The notes under the pieces are model-generated. The model searched no databases and was not told where the DNA came from. It was given only the letters and a program-made list of their open reading frames with translations. This document shows positions 20,601-30,785 of a DNA stretch of 64,000 nucleotides, in pieces; the first letter of the stretch is position 1; each line of letters starts with the position of its first letter. Source of the DNA: Pseudomonadota bacterium (GTDB lineage Bacteria; Babelota; Babeliae; Babelales; CAIQNR01); assembly GCA_027487215.1 (NCBI GenBank), contig JAIYDZ010000006.1:209191-273190 (forward strand), read 5' to 3'. Both the position numbers and the translations under genes were made by a program.

Positions 20601-23600
20601 CAATACTATCAGCTACTTCCTTTGCAGATCTTTCTGCAAATTCCTCTGCAAGTTTTTTAGTTGCATATGCCGTCGTAGCCTCAAGACCTTCTTTTACAAT
20701 AACTTTGCTTCCTGCACGTAAAAAAGCCTCAACCCCTTCCCGTGCCATAAATTCACCAATATTTTCAAGAGCCTCTAGGGCAACTCCTGAACCGGGTGCT
20801 AAAAAGTTCATTGGGTCTAAAAGCATGTTAACAATCAAAGAAGTTACAAAAAGAGCAGTGTTCTTAGCAGCATCTTCTGCAAAAGATTCTGCTGAATCTT
20901 TAACCATGTTTCCCACTCGAGAAAAAAAGTCTTTGGCGCTTTTACTTTCAGATGCCGTAACAGCAGCAGCTCCATACATACTTACATACATTTCAAGCGG
21001 ATTCATTAAAGGAACAGGTGAGAAACGTTGAACGTCTTCAGGTAATACCTCTTTAATAGCACTGAGCGCTATAGAATTTTGCATTGCACCGGGACCTGTA
21101 AAAAGTGAAATTCCTGGCATATAAGTAGAAAGTGGATTAGGCATTCCTAGTGTTAATGCCTGGACCATAAACCCTGAATTGTTTCCCCACCATTCTTTAA
21201 AACTTCCAGCATGCCAAAATGTTTTTCTAAGTGGAGCAGTAAGACCTGTATAAATACTCATAAAAGTCTTTTCAAACCAGTTTTTTTCAGGCTCAGGAAT
21301 ATCAAACTTAGAACGCAATGTCGCAATATTACCGCGTACTATCTGAATAACATTATCCCACGACTGATCGTACACTTTATCTATCGATTTTTTGTCTTCT
21401 TTAAAACTTTGTTTAAAGTCTTTTAGGATGCGTGACGTATCTCTTTTTATATTATTAATACGGATTTTATAGTCTAACTCAATCCCCTTAACATCTCGAT
21501 CAACAAGAAGCTCAAGTTCTTTAAGTTGACTATTAAATAAATCTTTTGAAAGTTTTGCACGCCGTGCAACAAGATCAGCTTTACTCTTTTCAAACTGTTT
21601 TTTGCGCTCAGTAATTTTTGACTTCATTTCATTTTCAAGACGAATTCGTTCATTCTTAAGATCTTGTTTTTCTTGCTCAGCTACGGTGGTAAATTGCTGA
21701 TCTACTTTGGTAGCAATCTCTTTTTGTTTTTCCTTAACTTCACGGACAAAACTTTTACCATCAGGACCTTTAGCAATTTCAGCCTGGTTCTTGAGGTATT
21801 CTGCTCGCTCATCAGATTTTGTTTTGTAGAATTTTGCATACGCTTGATTAATAGCCGCTTCAAGATCTTTTTTAAGTTTATTTATCTTATTGTTTTTATA
21901 AGCAACGTAATCTTTTTCTGCTAAAAAAGTTCGCTGTTTGCCTTCATCGTCAACAAAACTCGTTTGACCATATAATTGTAATTCAAGCTTTGATCGACGA
22001 TGTTCATACTCCATTAACTGAACAGTTTCTTCAAACCCTCTTCTTACAATATCTACTTCTTTTTCAATAACCTGCTGTGCACGTTCTTTGTCATAGTTGT
22101 AATCAAGTTTGTTTTCTATCTCTTTAAGCTTCTTTGTTGAATAATCTCTTCGCAAATCTTGATAAATTTGACGCTCAATTTCTTCTTTTGCTTGGACGCG
22201 TTTAATAAGATTGTCACCTTGAGTTGCTTCCATAGTTAAAAGAACATCTCTAATTTTATTTTGTTCTTCAATCAAACGTTTATATTTTTCAATTTTAGTA
22301 CTCAGTTCAAGAGCATCTACAGAATTTGAACGAGCATTTTTACTTTTTAAAAAGGCAATAAGCTCTGGTTTTTTATTTCTAGGTGCATCCAAGTAGCCTC
22401 GTTCTTGAGCATAATCTAGTGCAGTTTTATTTGCCCTATCAGTTTCATTAACAGGAATGCCTTTTGAAAGAAGATATTCAACTAAAGGTAAAAAACCATA
22501 CGCTGTTGCATAATGAAGTATCGAGCGATTATTATCATGGTAATTTCTAATATCAGCAGCACCGATTGTTTTTTTAATCTGCTCGAGCAGCGTTCCATCC
22601 CAAGTTTTTGCAATTCTGACTAATTGCTTGAACTGTTCCTGCTGAATCTTATTTAAAGAAGGAGAAGGATAATTCATTTGCCGATCGAAAGCTGCTTTTT
22701 TTAATCTTGCTTTTTCTTCTTTTATTTTATTTGAAGCTGCTTTCTTTTGAGACTTTTCTGCATTTATTAATGGAGTATAAGCGGCTCGGTCTTTATAAAG
22801 TTGTGTTTTTAAATTTGCAATATCTTTTTCAACTTTTTTTTCAAGATCTACTTTCTTTGTCTTTACAATTCCTTTTACTCGAACAATTCCTTCATTAAGA
22901 ACACGGTCAGCATCCTTGATTGCTTGTTCGTAAGCTACTTTTGCAGCCTTCTCTTTATTGTTATAAGAAACTTTTGCTGCATAAACATCATCCTCGTATT
23001 TTTTGTCCGCTTGATTATCTGCAACGTTATACTGCTTTTTTGCATTATTAATGCCTTGCTTATATTGAGTAGAGGTAATTTTTTTCTGATCGAACTGTTC
23101 TTGTAATTGTTGCACCTGATCTTGATAGGCGATTTTATTATTATAATCAGAATTTGTTTTTTGGAGCTTAAATTGTGATAACTGAGCGTTACGCTGATCT
23201 AAAGCTTCTTGAAGTGTGGTTTGATAAGTTTTTTTAAGAGAACCGATTTTTGCACGATACGTTTCTTCAATATCTTTTCTTGTAGTTTCATACTCAGCTT
23301 GTGCTGCTGCTACATCGCTATGATATTTGGCCTCAGCATCTACTCTTTTTTGAGTATAGGCTTTTTCAAAAGCTTCTTTTTGACCTACTGCACTTGACCA
23401 AATGGCACGAACAGCCTGATCAGCTTCTTCTTCAATTTCACCCTGACTTTTATAGTCAAACTCCTTAAAAGTGTCCATATTTTGATTAAGACGTTGGGCG
23501 CCTTCCTCAAACTTCTTATCAAAATACTCTGCATGCTCAGCTTCCAGCTTGTCTATTTGCTTTTGAGCGTTCAAAAGAGCATTCTTACTTTCAAGGACTA

Positions 23601-23703
23601 CCGCTGACTGATTTGCCCATAACGATACACCAGGCAAACCGATAGAAAAAATAAATCCAATTAAAAGTAAGTGGACTCTTTTTTTTCCCATTGCCAACCT
23701 CAT
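14695..23703 (-). CDS. Giant (3002-aa) secreted protein: coiled coil, ankyrin pair, hydrophobic central block, C-terminal repeats
   Basis: Uninterrupted 9-kb ORF; signal peptide (start probably 23691, GAGGT RBS); ankyrins SILHYATAYGFLPLVEYLLSKG / KTALDYA at about 22390-22545. Confidence 0.85.
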   Translation of the reverse strand: MRLAMGKKRVHLLLIGFIFSIGLPGVSLWANQSAVVLESKNALLNAQKQIDKLEAEHAEYFDKKFEEGAQRLNQNMDTFKEFDYKSQGEIEEEADQAVRAIWSSAVGQKEAFEKAYTQKRVDAEAKYHSDVAAAQAEYETTRKDIEETYRAKIGSLKKTYQTTLQEALDQRNAQLSQFKLQKTNSDYNNKIAYQDQVQQLQEQFDQKKITSTQYKQGINNAKKQYNVADNQADKKYEDDVYAAKVSYNNKEKAAKVAYEQAIKDADRVLNEGIVRVKGIVKTKKVDLEKKVEKDIANLKTQLYKDRAAYTPLINAEKSQKKAASNKIKEEKARLKKAAFDRQMNYPSPSLNKIQQEQFKQLVRIAKTWDGTLLEQIKKTIGAADIRNYHDNNRSILHYATAYGFLPLVEYLLSKGIPVNETDRANKTALDYAQERGYLDAPRNKKPELIAFLKSKNARSNSVDALELSTKIEKYKRLIEEQNKIRDVLLTMEATQGDNLIKRVQAKEEIERQIYQDLRRDYSTKKLKEIENKLDYNYDKERAQQVIEKEVDIVRRGFEETVQLMEYEHRRSKLELQLYGQTSFVDDEGKQRTFLAEKDYVAYKNNKINKLKKDLEAAINQAYAKFYKTKSDERAEYLKNQAEIAKGPDGKSFVREVKEKQKEIATKVDQQFTTVAEQEKQDLKNERIRLENEMKSKITERKKQFEKSKADLVARRAKLSKDLFNSQLKELELLVDRDVKGIELDYKIRINNIKRDTSRILKDFKQSFKEDKKSIDKVYDQSWDNVIQIVRGNIATLRSKFDIPEPEKNWFEKTFMSIYTGLTAPLRKTFWHAGSFKEWWGNNSGFMVQALTLGMPNPLSTYMPGISLFTGPGAMQNSIALSAIKEVLPEDVQRFSPVPLMNPLEMYVSMYGAAAVTASESKSAKDFFSRVGNMVKDSAESFAEDAAKNTALFVTSLIVNMLLDPMNFLAPGSGVALEALENIGEFMAREGVEAFLRAGSKVIVKEGLEATTAYATKKLAEEFAERSAKEVADSIVKASALITQETSESLTKKSAMRINSEIAQRAQQLLREATQNTAEAGVSKGSKEIIEQVGEEVVEEAVELFAKEIAEQAGRRAAYQNALADTIDPQDRALYDKLRSDLVARENSSIIKDTPLTPEEIHSRAKNLLEQSKRAKSLPKNSKPSALDPLDEFDDTLEKAFGEKVRSLDIKPEQIKNPDVKKALKKLKARKVNKEVIPEEELLAFQKMFNEKDYGAYEALQKSFVESKTSVKPVDNSPASPTLLAEKSVKPSNSLPNQTTLDNPSVGNNIDGPTSGGKKVETTTAPKEGPNTQTDPIKIGEKPPLAFLDEIPTAGQEMKLRNLQKQIDTLRKTKFEELITKYQVSDDLKKIYDLQTADDFIKNVDSIENLRNALIDQKLVDLAKKEGFTGKLSEFFETIDQQGENFSALTRYQKEVDDALDFFRQLGTNEKGESILKTKDDIASFIKKHNLPEDLNALFTEYQKVNSAINQSNPAPSKIASSEPVGQKKSLPQEKPLSWFERFKQKINPKKSSAQIAQNSDVKVFQNNADLILTKTEGGSIKVVMEEPLSVTGVVPTKADNPHAFAYNQELRKSPQISSKKALPEDRTIFFEKDRTLSSVEAATSATNPLDSSALRRLNQSTAEVGQEKFGLLVEQVRELAGLDRIGDFVTQLKSIDFEVLKAQFFEDDLYQKVRSLLKEDDFVKQMKVLGVDQSSIKAASKLELPDDILREHFKKIPEGLNFSGEIKAHLKNKKWKELEEALSGKGIGNNNQTLLQTFLEDNPPAKLVKELQTAQVQTDEALNTIVQHIKTSTNKDSKALRESLSGIAEQKATIVKHKSFKEIINENTDPTYREAVQRFTLGDQNYNTSKALEERFSTTTVTDVNKSNQTVTQALKNSTGEFESVGNPLTEVLPQSPEPKPVTDRPAQPPVKLPDRDDIRLGRAEGFGGVSRNDMKIPPKKLGQVGKDQVAGFKTMSEQPNNNVVRINDQSTRFEPVKSSGTPTTTDRKVHFGGRQEVPIGGSKEPPILGPFSEELNKLRPQKSIYAASDGSIYDPGVPKNESSKSFFTRVKDKFKNLFKDNSGKNLINGLSGEDAAKFTQLTEKLQDIKVRSIRNLLLQYGADPQSLPTIVLNGKPLSEQLFDLGLNVKIQKLIKTQLSNTPGQATIAQTVEEFINKASTEKFYKDLMEGLIKELEEDIVKYNAVFSFERRSTKEGIDFGFDENYLRGNSKLFEKMGIEESDVKFMLEEFNPKMKVLHEKQLANYKKNYSKQPTVRKKAETPDVKRPGVEPVNNGQTSTSLEKQPAQTPKQSVNNSTSAKPVTSEVPTVKPANVPEQAAKPAPIEVVTVKPVEASVKPAQQSLTLKGTTYDNILPSNGAVIKDHQEIIKTLGEVNTKLKTIEGWVNRDSLVGRNTVDQIMAGNGRKVFDGSGFKIDPLDPKALSKLSTETALIKDSSIKKVVDDLMPQLQKDVERLQILNKAEDIGAVLKAEQEVAQKLAKETAEAAQTKAAQEAAKLPQPIKIMTVEGKVRQLQNVVVVPGTLATDHPGMVSVLETIDGKIGKMQAAFIKTVGHSAAQKSSLLAAKINPLEPSAFEALDTIMTKELELLRINPQQQKQIFTTLSGLKDDLYILREAHQSPDINKFFADLAAKKAAQEAADKVAKELAETAAKQAAAKLPQPLVISGRPSQNLIVVTGALKDHQEIKNLLQRVQEHLEKVQGLTPELKIDVLDPQVLTKLDTDISTNLAKNSSTAAALQRHNAELVSQLKNDVTRIQQLNSLSSPDEITQFLVKEKEAADVAVKQAAQKAEKEAAELTAQKAAQEAASKAKDPVKVKEALKAEVETLTKQYGLKNVVVDVNNIDSLKQFQTRLIRERFETELVGLALDKQKVVNPTADEIQKAVSQYLDTITVRQFGTYVDMATRTAEGPPIFASFNKYLSDLGDSLDFIKTFRDEMFKFKESGNFKISDQVIKNFITPVK

Positions 23704-23882
23704 CTTTAAAAACCTACAACAATTTGCTCTTTACTTATCAGTATAAGAGATAAGAGTCCTACTAAATCAACACTCTCGAAAAAAATATTTCTATTAGGCT
23801 TATTTTAAGTTAAAAAATGAAACTATGGTTATTCTATTTATGACCACAGTAAGCTTTTGGAAATTAAAAAAGGAAAAATAAT

Positions 23883-24827
23883 ATGAAAACAGCTTTTTAT
23901 GATCTTTTAGAGTGGGAAAAAAACTATCTTATAAGTCGTTCTCAAGAATTTGAGTATCCAGAAAATTTAACGGGTGGACCTTATGAAATTGTTTCAACGT
24001 TTATTTCAACTCCCATTGATTGCTGTTTTTTAGAAAAGTTTCCTGATCTAAAACTTATCCAAACACGCAGTACCGGATTTGATCACATTAATCTTGACGC
24101 CTGCAGAGAACGGGGTATTGTCGTCAGCAATGTTGCGTACTATGCACAAACTACGGTTGCTGAATTTACTTTTGCACTCCTTTTAAACCTTTCTCGAAAA
24201 ATTAATTACAATGTGCAAGCTGTCAGAACTCAACACCCTACCACCGTAGAAGATTTAGAAGGATTTGATCTTTATGGAAAAACAATCGGTATTATTGGCA
24301 CAGGCGCTATAGGCTCACAGGTTGCTCAGATTGCTCATGGTTTTGGGATGCAGGTAATTGCTCATGATACTCGCCAAACTTTACCACTCACCTATACCTC
24401 CCTTGAAACGGTCATGCTTGAAAGCGATTTCATTAGTTTGCATGTTCCTTACACTCCTGAAACTCACCATATTATTAACAAAAACACACTTGGACTGGTT
24501 AAACCTCATGCAATTATTATTAATACTGCTCGCGGCGGACTGATTGATCAACAAGCACTTCTTGAATCACTTAACAATAAAAAACTTGCGGGCGCGGGTC
24601 TTGATGTTCTGGAAGATGAAGCTTATATTCTTTCTTCCATTAACCAGGCACTCATTAACCATCCAGGCGTAACTGTCACCTCCCATAATGCTTATAATAG
24701 TCGCGAAGCCCGCATCAGAATGCTTGATGAAACTCTTAAAACAATAGAAAGTTTTAAAACGGGAATTCACATCCATCCGGTAAAAACGGTTAAAAATTTC
24801 AAATCGGCTGAGTCGGGCTTGCGTTAA
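23883..24827 (+). CDS. D-isomer-specific 2-hydroxyacid (D-lactate-type) dehydrogenase
   Basis: TRSTGFDH, VAEFT, GIIGTGAIG, SLHVP, INTARG, GLDVLEDE, H-NAY. Confidence 0.92.
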   Translation: MKTAFYDLLEWEKNYLISRSQEFEYPENLTGGPYEIVSTFISTPIDCCFLEKFPDLKLIQTRSTGFDHINLDACRERGIVVSNVAYYAQTTVAEFTFALLLNLSRKINYNVQAVRTQHPTTVEDLEGFDLYGKTIGIIGTGAIGSQVAQIAHGFGMQVIAHDTRQTLPLTYTSLETVMLESDFISLHVPYTPETHHIINKNTLGLVKPHAIIINTARGGLIDQQALLESLNNKKLAGAGLDVLEDEAYILSSINQALINHPGVTVTSHNAYNSREARIRMLDETLKTIESFKTGIHIHPVKTVKNFKSAESGLR

Positions 24828-24843
24828 CTTTTGTACATTTTTG

Positions 24844-24900
24844 GTGTACACTCACTGGCTGAGTATTGAAAGCATAGTACTAAGCAGTGTAGGAGTACAC
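24844..24900 (+). promoter_or_regulatory. Imperfect hairpin sequestering the AGGAG RBS of yhhQ
   Basis: GTGTAC/GTACAC, CACTG/CAGTG, GCT/AGC, AGTA/TACT nested pairings; AGGAG at 24891-24895. Confidence 0.4.
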
Positions 24901-24903
24901 ACA

Positions 24904-26792
<1,889 letters not shown>

Positions 26793-26917
26793 GCTTAAAA
26801 AAACTCAAATCAAGCTTACTAGACAATAAATACCCACAATCTCTTGTGAGGTACAAATCTCTCATGATAAATTTAAATTCAAAGAGAGTTATTGTTTTTA
26901 ATGAGTGGGGGAAGTCT

Positions 26918-28525
26918 ATGAAAAATTTTAAAAATATTATATCAAAAACACTATTAACCATCCTGATAGTAGCTACCCATGGAGCTCTCAATGCAAAACC
27001 TTGTCCAGCTCCAGCACAACCACTTTCAATTCATTCAATTGACCCTCAGTCAAAAGATTCAATCGATAAAGCAATTATGGATTATGCTCCCATTCTCTAT
27101 TTAAGTAAAAAAGAAAAAACATGGGTAGAAAAAGCAGCAAGCAGAGCAAAAGTATGGGAAAAATACGACAGCTGGAACCGTGAACCCTATTTTCCAATGA
27201 CTTTCGAATATTATCTAGCACAACCAGAAATCCGTGTTTTATACGGACACAAAAAACGTGAAGTTGTTCTTGATAAAGGCCAAGTAACCATGGAAGCTCT
27301 TGCATCAATTGATTATGAAAAATACATTAATCCTGAAACACATCTTTTTATAGAAAACAATAACTGCACTGATGCCGGTGACAACCCTCAAACAAAATAT
27401 ATAACTCCTGAAGGAACAGTATTTACCTCATGGGAAAAAGATCATAAAGGAAACCAAATCATAAGAACTCCGTATTACGCCATTTTCACTTCACAAGGTG
27501 GACATGACTACATTCAATATATATTCGTATATGGCTATAATGGTGACTACCCAATTATTACAGGGCTTCCAGGGGTAGGGACCCACAAAATGGATGTCGA
27601 ACATCTCATGCTACAATTTGAAGGTGGAAGTATTACAAAAGGTACTCCAAAGCTTACTCGCATCTCTTTCCCTGCTCATGGTTCTGGTGAAGCAAAGTGG
27701 CTTGATGCTGACAACCCAGATCTTACCTATGAAAATGGACACGTTGTTGCCTACTCAGCCTACCATGGACATGGTCTTTATCCTCAAATAGGAACCTATG
27801 TGAGAATCTGTGGGTTTGGAACAGAAACTACTGATGCTGGAAAAAAGTGGCAACCACATGCAGTTATCCGTGTTGAATATCCAGGACGAGCTGGATTTGA
27901 TAACAAAAAGATGGGTATATTTGCATTTTTAGGAGATCTCGGGCCAACAGGTGTAGCAGGATTACCAAAAAAAGGATGGTTTGGATTTCCTAACAAAGAA
28001 GATGGTGGAATAAACTATAAAGCAAACTTCTGCCCTAAAGGCAAAGTATGTAATACCCTACAAGAAAGCTTTAACACCTGTAAAGCTCCCGAGAGTATGC
28101 AAGTGCTTTATGAAGGTGACAATATATTCACAAAATCAACCCTTCCTGCTCAAGAAGCAAAAGTAAAAGTAGGAAGCACTTTTCACATTCTTAAAAACTC
28201 TGAAGAGAAAGTTAAGGTTGCACGCAAAGGAGCAAAAACTGAAAAAGAACAAAAAATAAAAGATTTTATTTCTTCTGTAAGTGTTGATGGAAAAGCTGAA
28301 GTTACTGAAGATGATGATAAGTTTACTATTGTTTTTAAAACTCCAGGCAAAGTGCATTTAGAATTCAGTAATATTGTAACTCCAGAAGACACTAAACCCG
28401 ATACTGATAATTCTGAATCAGAAACTGAGGATTTTGATAATGAAAAACCAGTTGCTCTTGAGTCAAGCTCAACTCCTAAGGAAAAAGTCCAAGCAGTTGA
28501 AACAACTATATCGGTTGTATATTAA
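26918..28525 (+). CDS. Secreted Vps62-like domain protein with C-terminal beta-rich domain
   Basis: Signal peptide; YAPILYL..E.YFP, YIQYIFVYGYNG, GTHKMDVEHL, SFPAHGSG, HVVAYSAYHGHGLYP resemble Vps62 (PF06101) motifs. Confidence 0.7.
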   Translation: MKNFKNIISKTLLTILIVATHGALNAKPCPAPAQPLSIHSIDPQSKDSIDKAIMDYAPILYLSKKEKTWVEKAASRAKVWEKYDSWNREPYFPMTFEYYLAQPEIRVLYGHKKREVVLDKGQVTMEALASIDYEKYINPETHLFIENNNCTDAGDNPQTKYITPEGTVFTSWEKDHKGNQIIRTPYYAIFTSQGGHDYIQYIFVYGYNGDYPIITGLPGVGTHKMDVEHLMLQFEGGSITKGTPKLTRISFPAHGSGEAKWLDADNPDLTYENGHVVAYSAYHGHGLYPQIGTYVRICGFGTETTDAGKKWQPHAVIRVEYPGRAGFDNKKMGIFAFLGDLGPTGVAGLPKKGWFGFPNKEDGGINYKANFCPKGKVCNTLQESFNTCKAPESMQVLYEGDNIFTKSTLPAQEAKVKVGSTFHILKNSEEKVKVARKGAKTEKEQKIKDFISSVSVDGKAEVTEDDDKFTIVFKTPGKVHLEFSNIVTPEDTKPDTDNSESETEDFDNEKPVALESSSTPKEKVQAVETTISVVY

Positions 28526-28535
28526 GCAATCTCAA

Positions 28536-28567
28536 GAGGGAGCCTTCAGTGCTCCCTCCTTTATTTT
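28536..28567 (+). terminator. Intrinsic terminator
   Basis: GAGGGAGC-cttcagt-GCTCCCTC followed by T-rich tail. Confidence 0.75.
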
Positions 28568-28621
28568 ACAGATTATTTTGTAAATATTTCTATCGCCTTT
28601 ATACTGACTATAGAGGTACCC

Positions 28622-29365
28622 ATGAAAATAATAGAATCAGTCGCTAACGAGATAGTAAAACAGACCGTAAAACTTCACACATCCCAAGGCAGAAAAGAGC
28701 AAAATGCTTTTATTGCAGAAGGTAAACGTACGTGCCAAACATTTATTGAGCACGAATACATACCTCTTGAGCTGTTCATCACCAAAGACCACACTTCATT
28801 TGCTAAGTTGGTTCCGTCAGAAACTATTGTTACAATGGTATCTGAAATTGTTATGAAAAAAATGAGCACCGCCTCAACTCCTAGCGGAATTTTATGCGTA
28901 TTTGAGATTCCCAAAAAACCTGAAGTCGCTCTTTCGTCAGGTATTGTACTTGCAAACATTACCGACCCAGGAAATATGGGAACACTCATTCGTTCAGCCG
29001 CAGCTTTTGGATTTAAAACAGTTGTTATTGTTGAAGGATGTGATCCTTTCTCTCCTAAAAGTCTTCAAGCCAGTGCCGGTAGTCTCCCACTCATAAATCT
29101 TTATCAGTGGAGCTGGAAAGAGTTAATGAACCATAAAAACAAGGTTCATCTTGCGGCCCTTGTTGTTGAAAATGGCACCACTATTGAAACACTCCCTTCA
29201 TCAAATGTACTTTTTGTGGTGGGAAACGAGGCTCATGGACTGCCTCAAGAATGGGCAAACTCCTGTCATAGTCACATCACTATCCCCATGTCATTAGAAG
29301 TGGACAGCTTAAACGCAGCAATTGCTGGAACCGTTGCGCTTGCTCTCTATCGCAATAAACTATAA
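28622..29365 (+). CDS. TrmH/SpoU family RNA 2'-O-methyltransferase
   Basis: FIAEG, DPGNMGTLIRSAAAFG, VGNEAHGL, IPM..VDSLNAAIA. Confidence 0.92.
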   Translation: MKIIESVANEIVKQTVKLHTSQGRKEQNAFIAEGKRTCQTFIEHEYIPLELFITKDHTSFAKLVPSETIVTMVSEIVMKKMSTASTPSGILCVFEIPKKPEVALSSGIVLANITDPGNMGTLIRSAAAFGFKTVVIVEGCDPFSPKSLQASAGSLPLINLYQWSWKELMNHKNKVHLAALVVENGTTIETLPSSNVLFVVGNEAHGLPQEWANSCHSHITIPMSLEVDSLNAAIAGTVALALYRNKL

Positions 29366-29483
29366 TTTCTGATCTCAATCATATACGTTATACTCCTGAG
29401 AGCTTGTAAAAAAACAGGCGCTCACTAGTATGGAAAGATACTTATTTTATTTGAAAAAACGTTCTGCTCAGGAGAAGTTGTTC

Positions 29484-30785
29484 ATGTCAAAGTCTTACTC
29501 TCTCTCACTGCCTGCTGCAATTTTGGTAAGCATTAATATTATGTTTGGCACCGGTACTTTTATCAATACGGTAATTGTCGCAAAACATACCGGTGCATTG
29601 GGTGGTGGACTTTATCTTCTTGCAGGCGTTTTAATGTTGCCTCTTATTTTGTGTATTGCACGACTGAGTAGTATGCATGCCCAAGGTAATTTTTATAACT
29701 TTGGCGCAATGATAAGCCCGTTTTGGGGATTTATGAGCACCTGGATTTATTTTATTGCAAAGCTTGCTTCAGCTTCACTTTCTATCCATGTTTTTGTAAC
29801 CTTTTTACGGTTTATTATTCCGGCACTCCATACAGTTCCCCATATTTTTCTTGATTACCTTATTGTGATGTTTTTTGTGCTGCTTAATCTACTCAACACC
29901 AAAACAGGCACACGTATTCAAGCTTTTTTTGTCACTGCAAAAGCGACTCCTTTATTGTTTGCTATTGGGACAGGTCTTTACTGCTCAAATATGATCAACC
30001 TTGCAGCACCTCACCTTATCTGGACAGGCATTCCTGTTGCATTACCACTCGTACTTTTTTGTTGTTTAGGATTTGAAGCAAGCTGTTCTTTAAGCCGTGT
30101 TATTGAAAATTCAAAGGTAAATGCGCCACGAGCAATTGTCATCTCATTTAGTATCGTTATTTTACTAGCAGCACTTTACCAGTTTCTTTTTTATGCTTCT
30201 TTGGGAACAACGCTGAGCGACCAAACTAATTATGTCGGTGCCTTTCCTGCCTTACTTGAAAAAATTGCTCCATGGCTTAAAGACTCTCTTGCTCCGTTAT
30301 TTTCACTGGCAATTGCCTCTTCTGCATTAGGTGGTGCCTATGGAATTATGTACAGCAACTCCTGGAATCTTTTTTCGTTGGCAGAGCAGCCGCATTTACC
30401 TGCACTTCATTTTTTAAAAACTTTTAATCGTCACCACATTCCTTATTTGTGTGTCATTGCAGAAGGTCTTGTCTGTTTCTTCTTTTTAACACTCACTCAA
30501 GGACAACAGATTCCCTTACAATACACGGCAACACTGGGAAGCATCTTAGCGTATACGATCAGCATTGTTGCACTGTACACCGCTACTAAGTCAGCATTGA
30601 GTATGCTTGGGTTTGCTACGTGTATCACGCTCTTATTAAGCACTATTAACGCTTTTATGAGCACAAGCGTGACCCCACTTTTTATCTTTGCCAGCATTGT
30701 ACTGAGCGGTGTACTATTTTTTGCAACAACACACACGCTTAATAAAAGCACTCAATCATCTAAAAAAGTTTCTAGCTCATCATAA
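29484..30785 (+). CDS. APC-superfamily amino acid permease
   Basis: About 12 TM segments; INIMFGTGTF, GFE, NAPRAIVIS; AGGAG RBS before ATG 29484. Confidence 0.85.
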   Translation: MSKSYSLSLPAAILVSINIMFGTGTFINTVIVAKHTGALGGGLYLLAGVLMLPLILCIARLSSMHAQGNFYNFGAMISPFWGFMSTWIYFIAKLASASLSIHVFVTFLRFIIPALHTVPHIFLDYLIVMFFVLLNLLNTKTGTRIQAFFVTAKATPLLFAIGTGLYCSNMINLAAPHLIWTGIPVALPLVLFCCLGFEASCSLSRVIENSKVNAPRAIVISFSIVILLAALYQFLFYASLGTTLSDQTNYVGAFPALLEKIAPWLKDSLAPLFSLAIASSALGGAYGIMYSNSWNLFSLAEQPHLPALHFLKTFNRHHIPYLCVIAEGLVCFFFLTLTQGQQIPLQYTATLGSILAYTISIVALYTATKSALSMLGFATCITLLLSTINAFMSTSVTPLFIFASIVLSGVLFFATTHTLNKSTQSSKKVSSSS

